Shown piece after piece: positions 1 through 13,600 of a stretch of 64,000 bases of DNA (the first letter of the stretch is position 1; the number at the start of each line of letters is the position of its first letter). A program made the position numbers and the translations under genes. Source of the DNA: Antedon mediterranea. Lineage: Eukaryota > Animalia > Echinodermata. Under the pieces are notes generated by a model. The model was not told where the DNA came from. It saw only the letters and a program-made list of their open reading frames with translations, and searched no databases. The stretch spans positions 34,832,388-34,896,387 of the forward strand of contig NC_092670.1 of NCBI RefSeq assembly GCF_964355755.1, given 5' to 3'.

Positions 1-103
1 GAAAACACTTGATACCTCCATCGTTGGAGAGCCACTTGGTGTTCCTAAACAAGGGGCCCAGACCGCTGTGTTGCACCACTGTACACATGCGGTACAGTGA
101 GAC

Positions 104-377
104 TAAATCCGATTTTCCACTAGATGAATTTGTTCGTGCGAGTGCTTATGAAAGCAGCATCGTAGCTCATTTCCTGAGCTCTGATTGGTTGCGCAATATT
201 TCGCTTCGCAAAAAGTAGAAAAAATTCGAACTAGTAAATTTCACTGAAGCGAAAAAATCAAAGGAACTAGAATTCGTCGCAGGAGGAAGGATGACAGAGA
301 GAAACTTGAATACACATGGGCATACATGACGCTTTGGATTCGCGCAAACAAATTCGCCTAGTGGAAAACCGGCTTTA
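104..377. mobile_element. MITE, PIF/Harbinger-like
   Basis: About 38-bp imperfect TIRs (TAAATCCGATTTTCCACTAGATGAATTTGTT / ACAAATTCGCCTAGTGGAAAACCGGCTTTA), TWA at both ends, non-coding. Confidence 0.6.
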
Positions 378-817
378 CTGGCGAACAGACTTAAACTTGC
401 TTTATTATGGCATCCTTTTTGTATAGATAGAAACATGACTGGTACAGTTAATCATGAAGGTATTTTCTTGGGAATGCATGTCTAATATGAAGTTTTGTAT
501 CAGCATGGTTGACCTTGCTTATGCATAGTTGACCTATAAGTTCACAATGTGTACTGTGGTACCTTTTTTGTTGCTACAAAAAATAAATTAACTTCCATAT
601 CAATACATTTATTTACATACAACATTTAAAATTATATACATTCATTATTAATTTAGTATTTTTACATATGATATTTGTTTCAATAATGTTTTGTTAATTT
701 AAAACAAACTTTGGTTTTTCTAAAGTGGGGAAGCTACAAACAATGGAATTATTAAATGATTAATTACAAACAGTTTTACACAATGTTGTATTTTATACAA
801 AAAACGGTATTTGTTGT

Positions 818-2283
818 CTAATTTGAAATATAAATAATGTTATGTTTTTCAAGAAGCTCAATGTCTCTTTCTAATTGTTTCATTTCCGACTCCAATCGTT
901 CCTTTCGTGCTTTTTTCGGAGCAGTGTCTGTGACCATTGATAATCCTTGGTACTGGTGATGGATTTCTTCCCAGTTTTTCTTCAGGCCGTCAATAATGCT
1001 TTTTCGTTCGTTGTCCGACAGACTTTTCATGGCACCTCTACGATAATGCTCTTTGATGTACTCATCATATTCCTCCTGCGCACGCTTCACTTCATCATTT
1101 CTCTTTGTTAGGTAATCTGGAACGTTGCCATATTTCTGCCATAAAAAAAACAAAAATGTTAATTTATTGCAAACATTTTTAAATTTACTTTAAACACTAT
1201 ACTGTACATTCCATGATATTTCATAAGAAACTTGAATATATACTTTGGGCCATAGTGAGACTCGTTTTTCACCAACCCCGCCAGAATTAGGAAGATACTG
1301 TACATATGCCCGGACAACTTCTTGAAAAACCAGATAACTGGGTTAACATCCTTTAAACTAATTAACTAGGCTAGTTAGCTGGTAAACTAGCCCATACCAT
1401 CAAAAAAATAAATTGATGCATGGCTATTTATTCATGTTTAAATATGCATGTGAACTACAAAAATAAGACTTGAATGTGAACTATTGGATTTCTATACACA
1501 AACACACCTTCATTCTGGTGTATACTGGTTTCAAACCAGATGGATCAAGAGGGTGAGTAGCCCCACGAACTGTGTCAGCAAAGTTAGCTGCCGGCTTTTT
1601 GGGAACAGACAATATATTTTCAACAGCATTTGTTTTGACAAAGTTCTTGTTCGACTTCAGACCCATCAATGGCTTCTCTGTGGCTTTCGGTACAGGAGGC
1701 CGCTTTCTGTCATCATCGCTGTATTTGAATGGCTTCGTTGTTGAAAGGTCATGTTCCCCTGAACGTCTCTTTAAAAATTCTGAAGTTTTAGGTTGTTCTA
1801 CTTTTGCTGGTCCCATTGTTTTACTTGGTGATTTGTTGGTTTTTGTCTCTTCTTTTACTCTGCCACGAAATGTTGATTTGTACCTAAAAGAGTAAAGTAA
1901 AAAATTTAAAATATGATTCATGATGAATAAATGATTTTAGTATTAAAGCCCTTCTTAATATTATTATTATAAGTTGTTGTACCAGCCTAGCCTTACTACT
2001 AGTAGTCTAGGGCTAGGCTAGGCCATATTCACTAGACATAAGCAAATATAAAAAACAGCAAAATGCTATAAAAATAAATGATAAAATAGCGTCTGCTAGC
2101 TAGGCCCAAATACAAGCCATATTCCACCTTAACTCCAACCACCACCACACCAGTCCATCATGCTGATTTTTTTCTTCTCTTCCTTTTTTCCGCATGTTTA
2201 ACAAATCATACTACTTACATTGGTTCTTTAGGAGGCTTGATTTCCTCTTTAGGAATAAGTCTGTATATGCTTTCTGTCGCCAT
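818..2283 (-). CDS. ENKUR: Enkurin (ciliary/flagellar calmodulin-binding protein), 3 coding exons, 252 aa
   Basis: Exons 2283-2219 (MATESIYRLIPKEEIKPPKEP), 1883-1508 and 1135-818; all GT-AG with matching phases. Enkurin motifs YKSTF, KTMGPAKV, KNFVKTNA, YGNVPDYL, GLKKNWEEIHHQYQGLS, LESEMKQLERDIELLEKH. Confidence 0.93.
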
Positions 2284-2404
2284 TATTACCAATAAATTGT
2301 TTCGTATAAAATATTAGGAAGCTTGACGTACGTAGGCCTACGATACAAACGTGTCGGACACTCTAGCCTAGCCTTTTGATGTGTAAGTCCGCTGCGCGAC
2401 TGTT

Positions 2405-2475
2405 TTTGTTGTTGTCATAGCCGCCAGTGACGTAATAGCAACCATCAATTCGTTTCTTCAACAAGCGCCCTCTAT
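2405..2475. promoter_or_regulatory. Putative enkurin promoter with RFX X-box-like half sites and a CRE-like site
   Basis: GTTGTCATAG (2411-2420), TGACGTAA (2428-2435) and TAGCAAC (2436-2442), 130-160 bp upstream of the ATG of a ciliary gene, in a locally CpG-richer patch. Motif match only. Confidence 0.4.
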
Positions 2476-2694
2476 TATTTTTAAAAGCGTTAACTTTTTT
2501 TTCTTTATACTATATAGTTGCTTAAATTATTTTCCATCTCTGAGCTGCCTAGACATACGAGAGAGATGGTAGAATAACCAGAAATGTAGTAATAACATTG
2601 AAAAATGTCATACCTAAAACTGTCAGGGGACAAACAGCAAGTCAAAACTTGTAACAACAGGATATTGCGGCTGCAGTTGGCGTATCATTTTCTT

Positions 2695-3027
2695 TAACGA
2701 TATATTGGGCCCAGAAAAAAAAATGTTTAACATTTTTTTTTGAATATGCAATTTTAATGTCACATATTAGTTTGGATCGAAAAAAAAAGATTTACTGTAC
2801 CTGAAAAACTGTTATTTAAAGCAAAGTAGTCATGGCTTCCAGCCAATGGGTTTTTGGTTGAATGTATCCGTTTATTTTGTCATTTTATAAGTGAATAAAA
2901 CATTATTTTTTCGAATTTTTTTTCTTGCGAAAGTGATTAACGTTGTTAAAACTACAAAATGGCCTATTCAAAATCTGATTTGATAATCTTTATTTTTTAT
3001 GTTTTTCGCGGACAACACATCTTTAAA
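2695..3027. mobile_element. Degenerate Kolobok-like element; related copies at about 15594-15870 and 26440-26698
   Basis: TTAA-CGATATATTG...CAACACATCT-TTAA ends resemble those of the intact element at 49574-50119. Internal GGGCCCAGAAAAAAAAATG and GGTTTTTGGTTGAAT recur in the other copies. Confidence 0.5.
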
Positions 3028-4688
3028 TGATGAAATTTTACAAAATTGTCTTTATAATTAGGAAAGAATTTTAAATGATTCCAACTTTTAATGATTGGTT
3101 TCATACCATTTGACGTGAAGTAAGTGGATTGATAGAGCTTAAGAATTGTTTTTACTTTGATCACTTTGTACATCCACCTCAGAGTTAAAGCCAAAATAAC
3201 TCTTTTTCTAACGTAATTTCCGACTGAACACATTTTGATGACATACAAGATTCAGCTTTCTTTCTACAAAATTTCATTTATAAATCATTTTAGGCCTACA
3301 GCAATTTAAAAAAAAAAAACGCTTTCAAAATCATCTTCTTTATTTTTACATATGTAACGTGTAGCCTACGTACTAAGTACAATATTTGTTTCTGATATGA
3401 ATATTCTCATTCATCCAGGTAGTATTAATTTTAGAAAGATATCAATCTAATCCACTGGACTATTATAATATTGTTGTTATATTAATTATGATTTGACTTG
3501 AAAAGTTTAAGGACTTGATTGTCGAGAACTCAGTATTTTTGTAGGACCCTCCGTAGGTACCTCAGCTGTCAGACACGATTTTGCGGCTGCAACATTTACT
3601 TTAAATGATGATGTGAATGATTCATCGTAACATTTGTGTTTCTTATTATCAGTGCAATAATAAGTAATCGACAGTTCTTACCATCAACATACAGTTAATT
3701 GTTAAATATAGGATGGTATTATTTCATTTGAATGATGAGAAATCGGGTTCTTGAATACATGTCGCGCGCTCAAATTAAAGATTGGATCGTTATTATAAAT
3801 GCCTTGTATGTTAATGTTGGTGGTATTATACATGATATACCATTAATTGTTTTAGTTTTTAATTTATTAATTTTTGTTTAATATGTGATTACGTCATTTA
3901 TGAATGTGTGAGACCAGATAGAGGATCGGAATTTGTTGAATTGTTGCAACGAGTTGTGCAATCTATGAGGGCGTACTTTTTTTAAATCTCTGGAAAAAAA
4001 CAACACAATATGCACCTACTACTACACATGATATGCGAGTAGGAGGTGAGATTCCGCGAGCGAGCTGCTGTGCTAGGCCTAGCAAATAGTAAGATTTAAA
4101 ACAAGTTAATAATAACTATGTTATTACTTTTATCAGAAAACATTGTAGTGTATAATACGTCGAAGGCAGAAGGCGGCCCTAGGTAGCCAGGCTAGGCTAC
4201 CTACCAGTACCAGCAGAGAGAGGATAGCTAGCCTAGTTAGGCCTCTCTATCTAGGGGCTAGGCCAGGCCCTGGCCTGGCCGGCCTCTGGGCCCTAGCTAG
4301 GCTATAGTAGTAGTAGGCTATCCCTAATCTTTTAATAAGATAAGGCCTAGAAGTCTAAGCCTAACTAAAAAAAAATTGTCAAATTGCCTGCCAGCCAAAT
4401 AAATAGGGTTTTGTTTTGGTTAAATTTAATTTTATCTTTTTATATAGTGAAAGCATAATCATATTTTTACATTTTTTTGTCTAGCTAGGCCTAGTATATG
4501 GAAGTAATGATTAATTAACTTCATTAAAACTGCAGAATTGCCTAGCCTCAATCTTCATGTTTTTGGGGGGGTGATTCATCTTTTTAAACACTCGACAAGC
4601 AAACAGCCCATTCACTGTGTGTCCATGTGTTAATTTGACCATCTCTGTTTCTTTGTTTTGAAGTTTGAACATTTTTTTTTCAGTTGCG

Positions 4689-7600
4689 ATGTCTCAAGAT
4701 GAACTAGCTAGACATGCTGAAGAACAGAAGAAAAGCAGAACAAACATTTCAAATCATAATATTAATACTAACAGCAGGCCAAGAGGATATGGCAGGGGAA
4801 ACAACAGTAGGGGAAGGGGTAGAAACTGGACTCATTCCAGACAACCCTATTCATCACCAAATGACCCCATGCAGATGTATGACCATACTAACAATGATCC
4901 ATATGTTTTTTGGAATGGTCAAATGGATAATTCCGGCCAGTATACTTATGGTGCTATGCCTTTTAGAAACACACAGGAAATGCTACATGGTAACCCCAAT
5001 GTGATGTATTCATATCCGCAATCAGTAGCTTACGGTGACACCACTAGTTATCAATTCAATCATGGATATATTGATTATGGACCGCATCAGCATTTTAATG
5101 AGCGTAGTTATGGCAGAGGACATAATAGTGAGTATTCTCAACGAAATACATCTGGAAATTATAGAGGAAATGTTACTGGCAGGATTAGCAAGAATAAAAA
5201 TGACCGATCTAAAGGAAGGAAGAAAAACTCTGATGATGGAAGGAATCTGGATAGTCCAGGTGGTGGCATTTCTCCGGTAGTAGAAGATCAGAAAAAGCAA
5301 GAGAATGATAAGAAAAGTATAGCTGTGCCCGAAAAAGAAAAATTCAATCAAAGAAAACCAAATCGAAACAAATTTGACGAATGGAATCGGAAAATGGAAA
5401 ATAAATATGGAAGAAAGGGCACACATTCTAAAACCAACATCAAAGAAAAATTTGATAAGGAATCGAGTGAGAAAAAGGATGGAAACAAGCAGAGTTTAGA
5501 ATCTCAAACAGGCACGTTGATCGAGCAACTTACGAACCAAACGTACGAATGTATGGTGTGCTGTGATATGATCAGATCTACCGCACCTACGTGGAATTGT
5601 CAGCACTGTTTTGCGGTGTTTCATATTAAATGTATCAAACGTTGGGCCAGGTCTAATATTAGTCAACTTGAAACAGGTAAGGGACGATTTCACAACAACT
5701 CTCACAAACCTCAAAATGGAATATGAAATAAAAAATTGTTTGCATCATAAATCATACACAAGTAAATTTTTTTACAAAGTATCAATGAATATCAGTTAAC
5801 AAAAGAGAATAAAAAAACTTTAAATTTTCTGTTTGGCGATGCACAAAATAGAAATATTTTGAATCAATAATAATGCTATGCAATACTTTATTGAAACTGG
5901 TAACATTGTAAAACGATTTTATTTTTCAGAGGGAGAACTGTGGATGTGTCCAGGTTGTCGTAACTCTGTTTTGAAGATTCCACATGTATACAAATGTTTT
6001 TGTGGAAAGATGCGTGATCCTCCGAACATACCAGGAGAAACGCCGCATACGTGTGGCGATGTCTGCGGTCGTAAACGAACTTCAACTCTGAAATGTCCAC
6101 ACCCTTGTAATATACTATGTCATCCAGGACCTTGCCCACCATGCCCGGCAACCGTCACGGTTCATTGCCTTTGCATGAAAGCGCAACAGAAAGCTAGGTG
6201 CGGTTTAAAGGAAGTATACAGATGTGCCGAGGAGTGTGGGAAAATGAGGAATTGTGGGATACATAAGTGTCTAGAGATTTGTCACGCTGGTGATTGCGAT
6301 CCATGTCAAGAGAAGGTCAAGCAAGGTAGGAGTATGAAACGTTTATACGTTAACGCAACTGTGCGCAGAACTATGTTGTTATGCAAATGAGTCAAATTTT
6401 ACTTATAAGAGTTCATTCTTATATAGTGCATATAAGCAAGCTCTCAATGGGCTGCACATTTTTACCCCGGTCATTTTTTGGCGCAAACACGTATGGAAAC
6501 ATACTCCCATAATAATGCAGCTAGTAATCGGTGCAAAGTTGTGTTTACCCATTTTATACACCTAGGTGTAGAGAGGCAAATGTAAGTAAAGTTTCTTGCC
6601 TAAGAATACAAGCAATGCGGCGAGAGTTGGATTCGAACCATTATCTCATGATCAGTAATCCAATATCCAACACATGCCCTCACAATTTTGATGTCATTTG
6701 TTTATGTGCTCGTGTGAAAACTCTCTAATATCAAATTATAACATATTATACCAACCGCCCTATAATTACAAAGCATTTAAATCATCAATTATTGTTTTTC
6801 AGATTGTTTTGGGCAGCACACATCAAGAGAGGTGGTGTGTGGTGGGGAACTGGTGTCAATTCCTTGTGATGAAAAAGAAAATGGAATTTACTCATGCTTG
6901 GCAGAATGTGCTAGGTACTTTTGGATGTTCAATGCAAATAAAGTAGTCAATTCTAGATGCAACTAAATCAGAGCCAGCTTCACTAGAAGTCCATGAGTTC
7001 AGACCTCAAATATGTACACTAGTGTGTAATTTATTGCAATGTCTGTCGTATGTCACTCTCAAAGAGCAAAACCCAAAAAAATATTGTGTACACTTAAAAT
7101 TAGCATTAATCTAAATGCCAACTTTATGTCAATGAATACCAGATGTCCCTATGTATACGGTTATCTGAACCAGTAGCAGTAACATTCACCATTTTATTTT
7201 TCAGAGAATTGGACTGTGTCTTCCATAAATGCAAAACACCATGTCATCCAGGAGATTGTGAACCTTGTCAGCTTGGGCCTAAGAAACTGAAACGATGCCC
7301 TTGTAGTCAGACCCTACTGAGTGACCTTGGGTCATTTGTACGTTCTTCCTGTCGTGATCCGATACCAACATGCGACAAAACTTGCAATAAGCCACTAAAA
7401 TGTGGTGGAGACGGTAAGTTTGTTATTTATTTATTGCTCTGAACACAAAAATAGAAATATTTAAATAACTAAAAGATGAGAGCAGAGGATATCCTATAAG
7501 CTCAGTGATGTCTGGTTTTGAGGTCAGCTACATAGGCATGTGGACATTTTCCCACAATGCCAGAGACCTAGTACTGTCCTATGTGTATGTTCATTCAATT

Positions 7601-10600
7601 GGTTTTATTAACCTAGTTCCTGATGTAGATTCTGTTGATTTTGTGTGACATCAGTACATTAAAAAGGGGCTTTACATTGAATTTACCTTGAAGATTAGGA
7701 CTTGTGAAACTATAAAGCTCATTTGTCTCTTTGATGTCATAGATGACAACTCTTCATTTGCAAATGAGAAATCCACTTATTGTACATTTTCAACTGAAAA
7801 TATTATGTTTTAGTAAAACTATACCTACATCTTATTTGCTTAATTTCTTAGGTTTGGTGAATTCAAGGATATCATCTGCCTCTCACCTACATATATTATA
7901 AATCTTGCCTAAAAATAAATGAAATTATAAATGTTATAATGATAAGTTTATTTATTTTTCACACAATTATTTTAATCAAATTGTTTAATTTCAGATGAAA
8001 TTCATTTATGTCAGTCTAAATGTCATGAAGGTGAATGCCCACCGTGTACAACTGGAATAAGTAGCATCAAGTGTCGATGCGGTAATCGCTTTGTTGATAC
8101 GCCATGCAACGACCTCATTAACCTTTCACCCGAGGAAAAGTTAACTTGCGATCGAAAATGCAACAGAAAAATGCACTGTGGTCGTCACAAGTGTCAGAAT
8201 AAATGCTGCATTGTAAGTTGTTTTTTGGAGTGCAATATACATTATATATGCACGCACATTCTACAAGACATTTTCTACTTCATCTTGGGATATAGTTTAG
8301 TATCAAGATCATATATATTAGCTTGCGCCTAAGAAACTGACACGGTGCAATATAAATTATATATGCACGCACATTCTACAACACATTTTCTACATCATCT
8401 TGGGATATAGTTTAGTATCAAGATCATATATATTAGCTTATGCCTAAGAAACTGACACGGTGCAATATACATTATATATGCATGCACATTCTACAACACA
8501 TTTTCTACTTCATCTTGGGATATAGTTTAGTATCAAGATCATATATATTAGCTTGGTCCTAAGAAACTGACGCGGTGCAATATAAATTATATATGCACGC
8601 ACATTCTACAACACATTTTCTACATCATCTTGGGATATAGTTTAGTATCAAGATCATATATATTAGCTTATGCCTAAGAAACTGACACGGTGCAATATAA
8701 ATTATATATGCACTCACATTCTACAACACATTTTCTACTTCATCTTGGGATATAGTTTAGTATCAAGATCATAATATTAGCTTATGCCTAAGAAACTGAC
8801 ACGGTGCAATATAAATTATATATGCACGCACATTCTACAACACATTTTCTACTTCATCTTGGGATATAGTTTAGTATCAAGATCATATATATTTTTAAAG
8901 TTTACACCACGTATATATAGTTCTGAAAAGAACGGTTGAGCTTTTCAGAACTATATACACGCGGTGTATACTGCCAACTTGATATAAACAAAAAATATCT
9001 TTATATTGATATCAGAATCCTGAACATGTCTGCGTACAATCATGTGGCCGCTGGTTGTCTTGTCGAGAGCATCGTTGTGAGGAACCGTGTCACCTTGGCA
9101 ACTGCCATCGATGTTACAATGTCAGTAAGTACTGCTTTTTTTTTATTTGTTACTCTCAAGATGAACGAACCATGAAGCTGAAACAGCTTTATTTCAAAAT
9201 AAGGTCCAAAAAACAAACAATTTAAGTTACACAAAAAAATGTGAAAATACACATACATTTTTTCTTATGCATGCATATTCATGATTCTTTCTTCCAAATC
9301 CCCTCTCTGTGATAGATTAGTAGTTCAAATGGTTTCTACATTTAGTGACGTGAATCATTCATTGCGCAACCAATCAGGAAATGAGCTAAGAATAAAAAAT
9401 AAGCGTTTTTGGGTGGGACTCGACCTATGATCTCTAGATCACTAACCTCTAGACCACCAAGTTTGCGCTGGTGGCTACAGTTAGATTCGAGCCCAAGTAA
9501 GCAGAGGGTACTGCACCAACAGGATGATAATTGAATAAATACCTTAAATTACAGTAGTTATATATAGCATTATATATGGATAATGCTTTATTTTGGAAGA
9601 CTGGTCCAACGGTCCAAATTAAGATTTACATATATATTATATTGCACTTTTATTATAACCACATAAATGAAATACAGATCATGGCCAAAGGCCAAATTGA
9701 ATGTAAAATTAACCATATAAAAATATTCCATGAGACATCTCCCAAAGAATCCATGAATGATGGTTTTTACATGATACATTTGAATCAATTGTTATATTAT
9801 TAATTTAGGTTTTGATGAGCTCTATTGTTACTGTGGTCAAGAAGTGATGCTACCACCGATTCACTGTGGAGTGAAACCTCCACCATGCAGTGAAACTTGT
9901 ACCAGATCCCACCCGTGTGATCACCCAGTACGCCATAATTGCCACAGCGAGACTGAATGTCCACCCTGTACTGAGCTGTGCTCCAAGATTTGCATGGGAG
10001 GGCACGAGGTAAGTTATGATTTATGGAATTATACTGCAGTTACTGAATTAATGATATAATATTTTTTAGAAAGTTATATTGATTTTGTTACTTTTCTCTC
10101 TTGTTTTAGTTACTATAATTTGTTATTAATATATTGGTCTTTGCGTCGTTACTATTTCTTTTATGTTAACATAAATATTAATCTACTATTTACGTATGAC
10201 ATATATATAATTAATTTTCAGAAAAGGAATAACATTCCATGCTATCTAAAAGAGTTCACTTGTGGAAATCCTTGTGGAAAACAGCTTCCATGTGGTCAAC
10301 ATCGATGTTGCAAGAGATGTCATAACGTAAGTATTTTAATACTACAAACCTACAGTTTTTTCCTTTATTAGCACCATCTAAATAATTCTTTGACACAGAA
10401 AAAAAACCCACAGAAATATAGGTCCTGTGCAAATGTTACCAGGCCATCCACGCTATTAAACACAGATTTAATTTTAAGTTTTTCTTAAAAGAATTGATGA
10501 TTGATGAATATTAATTGGTAGAGTTTTCACTCTATACATAGATATACATATTATTTAAATCAAAGAGCTGCATAGAAAAGATCAGATCAAAGTCAAAAAT

Positions 10601-13600
10601 GTTAAAACTGCCTAATTATAAATTCATTAACACAACATTTTTCGGGCATAGCCCGAATTGTAACAAAAGGATAACATCAGTCTGCATATTGCATATCGTT
10701 TTACAGTGGATGTTACGGCCTTAACCTCTGTCTACACTATCAAAGTTTATGTGATAAAAAATGTGATGTGCCCATCATATCACTACCATATTTGAGCATA
10801 TCACTACCATATTTGAGCATATCACTACCATATTTGAGCATATCACTACCATATTTGAGCATATCACTACCATATTTGAGCATATCACTACCATATTTGG
10901 GTAAATCACACTTGAGTTTGATATTGTAGACAGAGCTTTTGGGGCACTGAGGTACTTTTCTGAATCATTCAATCATGCGTTATTGTATCAAGTAATTAAT
11001 TTCTCCAGCGAACTGTTTATTGATTTCTACCCTCTTGTTTTAGGATGCATGTGATTCTGAAGCTTGTAATCAACCCTGTAAGGTGGTAAGATTGGATTGT
11101 GGACATCCATGTGGAGTGCCTTGCCATGGTGACCAGCCATGTCCTAAAACACAATGCAAAACAAAGGTACGTAAATATACAAAATATCAATAAAATTGCT
11201 TTAAAAGCAGAATACATATTTTTTGAAATTCAGAACTATGTACATAGTTATATCATACAGTAGTTATTTCTTATATAGCGCATTATAAGCTGGCCTTCAA
11301 TACTGTATATACAGAGTTCATGTAGTGATCCGTATCCAAACTTGCTTTCTAATGATTTTCTATGTCGGCATGCAGTGGATGACGTGTCTTCCCGTATAGA
11401 CTGAAGACATAGGCATGCTGTTAAAGAGTTAAAATTAAGCAATTCCAAGCTTATTTTCTCTTTAAAATTGTTGATTTAATATAGTGCAAATTACCTGTTT
11501 ATTTCTTGGTTCATAGTTAACAATATCCTGTGCATGTGGAAACCGCACTGATCAAGCTATGTGTTTGCATGGGGGTGATGACACACAGATGGCACAGCTT
11601 TATCAAAAGTAAGTTATTTGAACTTTAATTACACCCTACTATATTACTGGATTACTAGTAGTAATCAGTACCTAAGGTAGTTGAAGGTAGGAGGGTATAC
11701 CATGGATATGGTTATGGGTAATGGGCTAAGTTGATATTTTAACATCTTCTGGAGTAAAATGTTGCATACATATCTGGTGTAATTTGTCATATGGCATAGA
11801 TCCTATGAAAACAAAATATAGCATTTCATCTATAACGATCTCACTATATAATGCATTGACTTAGCAACAGCCATAGCAACAGTAAACAATAGACGGCCAA
11901 GTGCCTGCAATACGATCACTGTTACTTTTGTCACTATACCAGTGGTAGGGCCTAGTCAAACAAATGACCAAAAACATAGAAAAACTGACAGGATCGTATG
12001 ATCGATATAAGCATTCAGCTCTCAAATAAATCATAGACATTGATTGGCTTAAGGTTTGAAAAAATCACGACAAAAAATAGTAAAAACTATCATTTAATTA
12101 CTGTATTCGCAGACGAAAATATCGAACAAACCGCTCAAGCGTGAATATACACGATTATGAACTACTGTATACTAGTCACAACTAGCTTTTAAAAGAATCC
12201 ATTGAATATATCCATATATCCATACAGAAAGTATATATTCTAAAGGCTATCTTGTGTAGTGCGGGGTGTGTTATTGGTGGTTGTTATGGTTAAGATTCAT
12301 TTTACTTCATAACAAGCCATTGATCATGGTTCACTGCATTGCGTCCAAAAGGTAAAAGCTTCTCCTTAAGATGTGGACCAGGTCTGTGTCGAGTCATGGC
12401 CGGCCTAACTTTTTAGAGCATTCAAACAATGGATTGCAGGCCAAAATCAAAACTGTAAAATGAGGTTTTCGATATCAGATTCAACTGTTGTGTTTAAGGT
12501 ATTAAAAGTGGTGGATACAATGTAATTATAAATTCTATCTTACAGGCTAACAACTTCAAACTTGGCTAGCAAGATCCATGAGCTAAAGTCCGGTGAGTCT
12601 ATGGATATTAGCAGTCTGATGGCCATTACTGATGGGCGCAAGACAAGACAGTAAGTACCGTTTTCAACTTGATAAATATTTATCTATAAGTGCAGGGTTG
12701 TTTCTATTGCACTCCCTAAGCCACTACAAAACTGTAAATTTCTCTACTTCATCTAATGATAAGGTCCCAAACTTAAATAGCACCCTCATATTTTGAAGAT
12801 GATCATATTTTGTTCTCTCTAGTATTATATTGTAATCAGTGATTACTATAGTGATCGGACGGATTTATTTAAATTAGTGCTTCTTTTTGCTTCTTTGGAA
12901 ACTGTCTTTTTTCTACGATTTTTGACAAAACTTGACTTGTGTGTAATTTTTTATAAAACAATAAAAATAATTCAAATATTTTTATTTTTATACATAATAT
13001 CTTCATCAATATCCAGAGGGAAAACCATATTCCATAAGAATTTCTTATAGAAAAAATAGTTTTTATCATTGAATTGACAAAAAAAACAAAAAAAAAGTAC
13101 CACTATGATTAAATTGATTGCTTATGGCTATAGTAATCAAATAGTACTGAAACAAAGAAATATTATGTGTTTGCCATGAGAGTTTCCCCTGTGGGTATAC
13201 CCTTATTAAAATGTGTTGGTCTATTTATTATAGCTATAAATAGCATCTTGTTATAAATAAAAAACACATTCAATGCCTCATGTGTCCAATTATTTGTATG
13301 TAATAAACATGTTATGTTCTTGTGTTTATGACAAAAAAAAATTTAAATGAATTATTTGACCTCCATTTTAAACGGTTCTAGATCATTATAAATAATATAA
13401 AACAAATGGTTTTTTTTTTTATTCATTTCTAAAAAAACTCCCAAATTTAACAATATGTTTTTAGTAATGAAATCTATTTATATCCTTTTATCCTAAAAAC
13501 TTTTTTTTGTGAAAACACTTTTAAAGGAAGAATACCACAATAAACGTTGGTTGCAATACAGAATTTATTATTATGACAATAATTTATTTGTAGGATAAAG

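Noticed and set aside
10775-10972. ORF with (MVVICSN)n repeat
   Set aside because: Translation of the 21-bp minisatellite inside a MITE.
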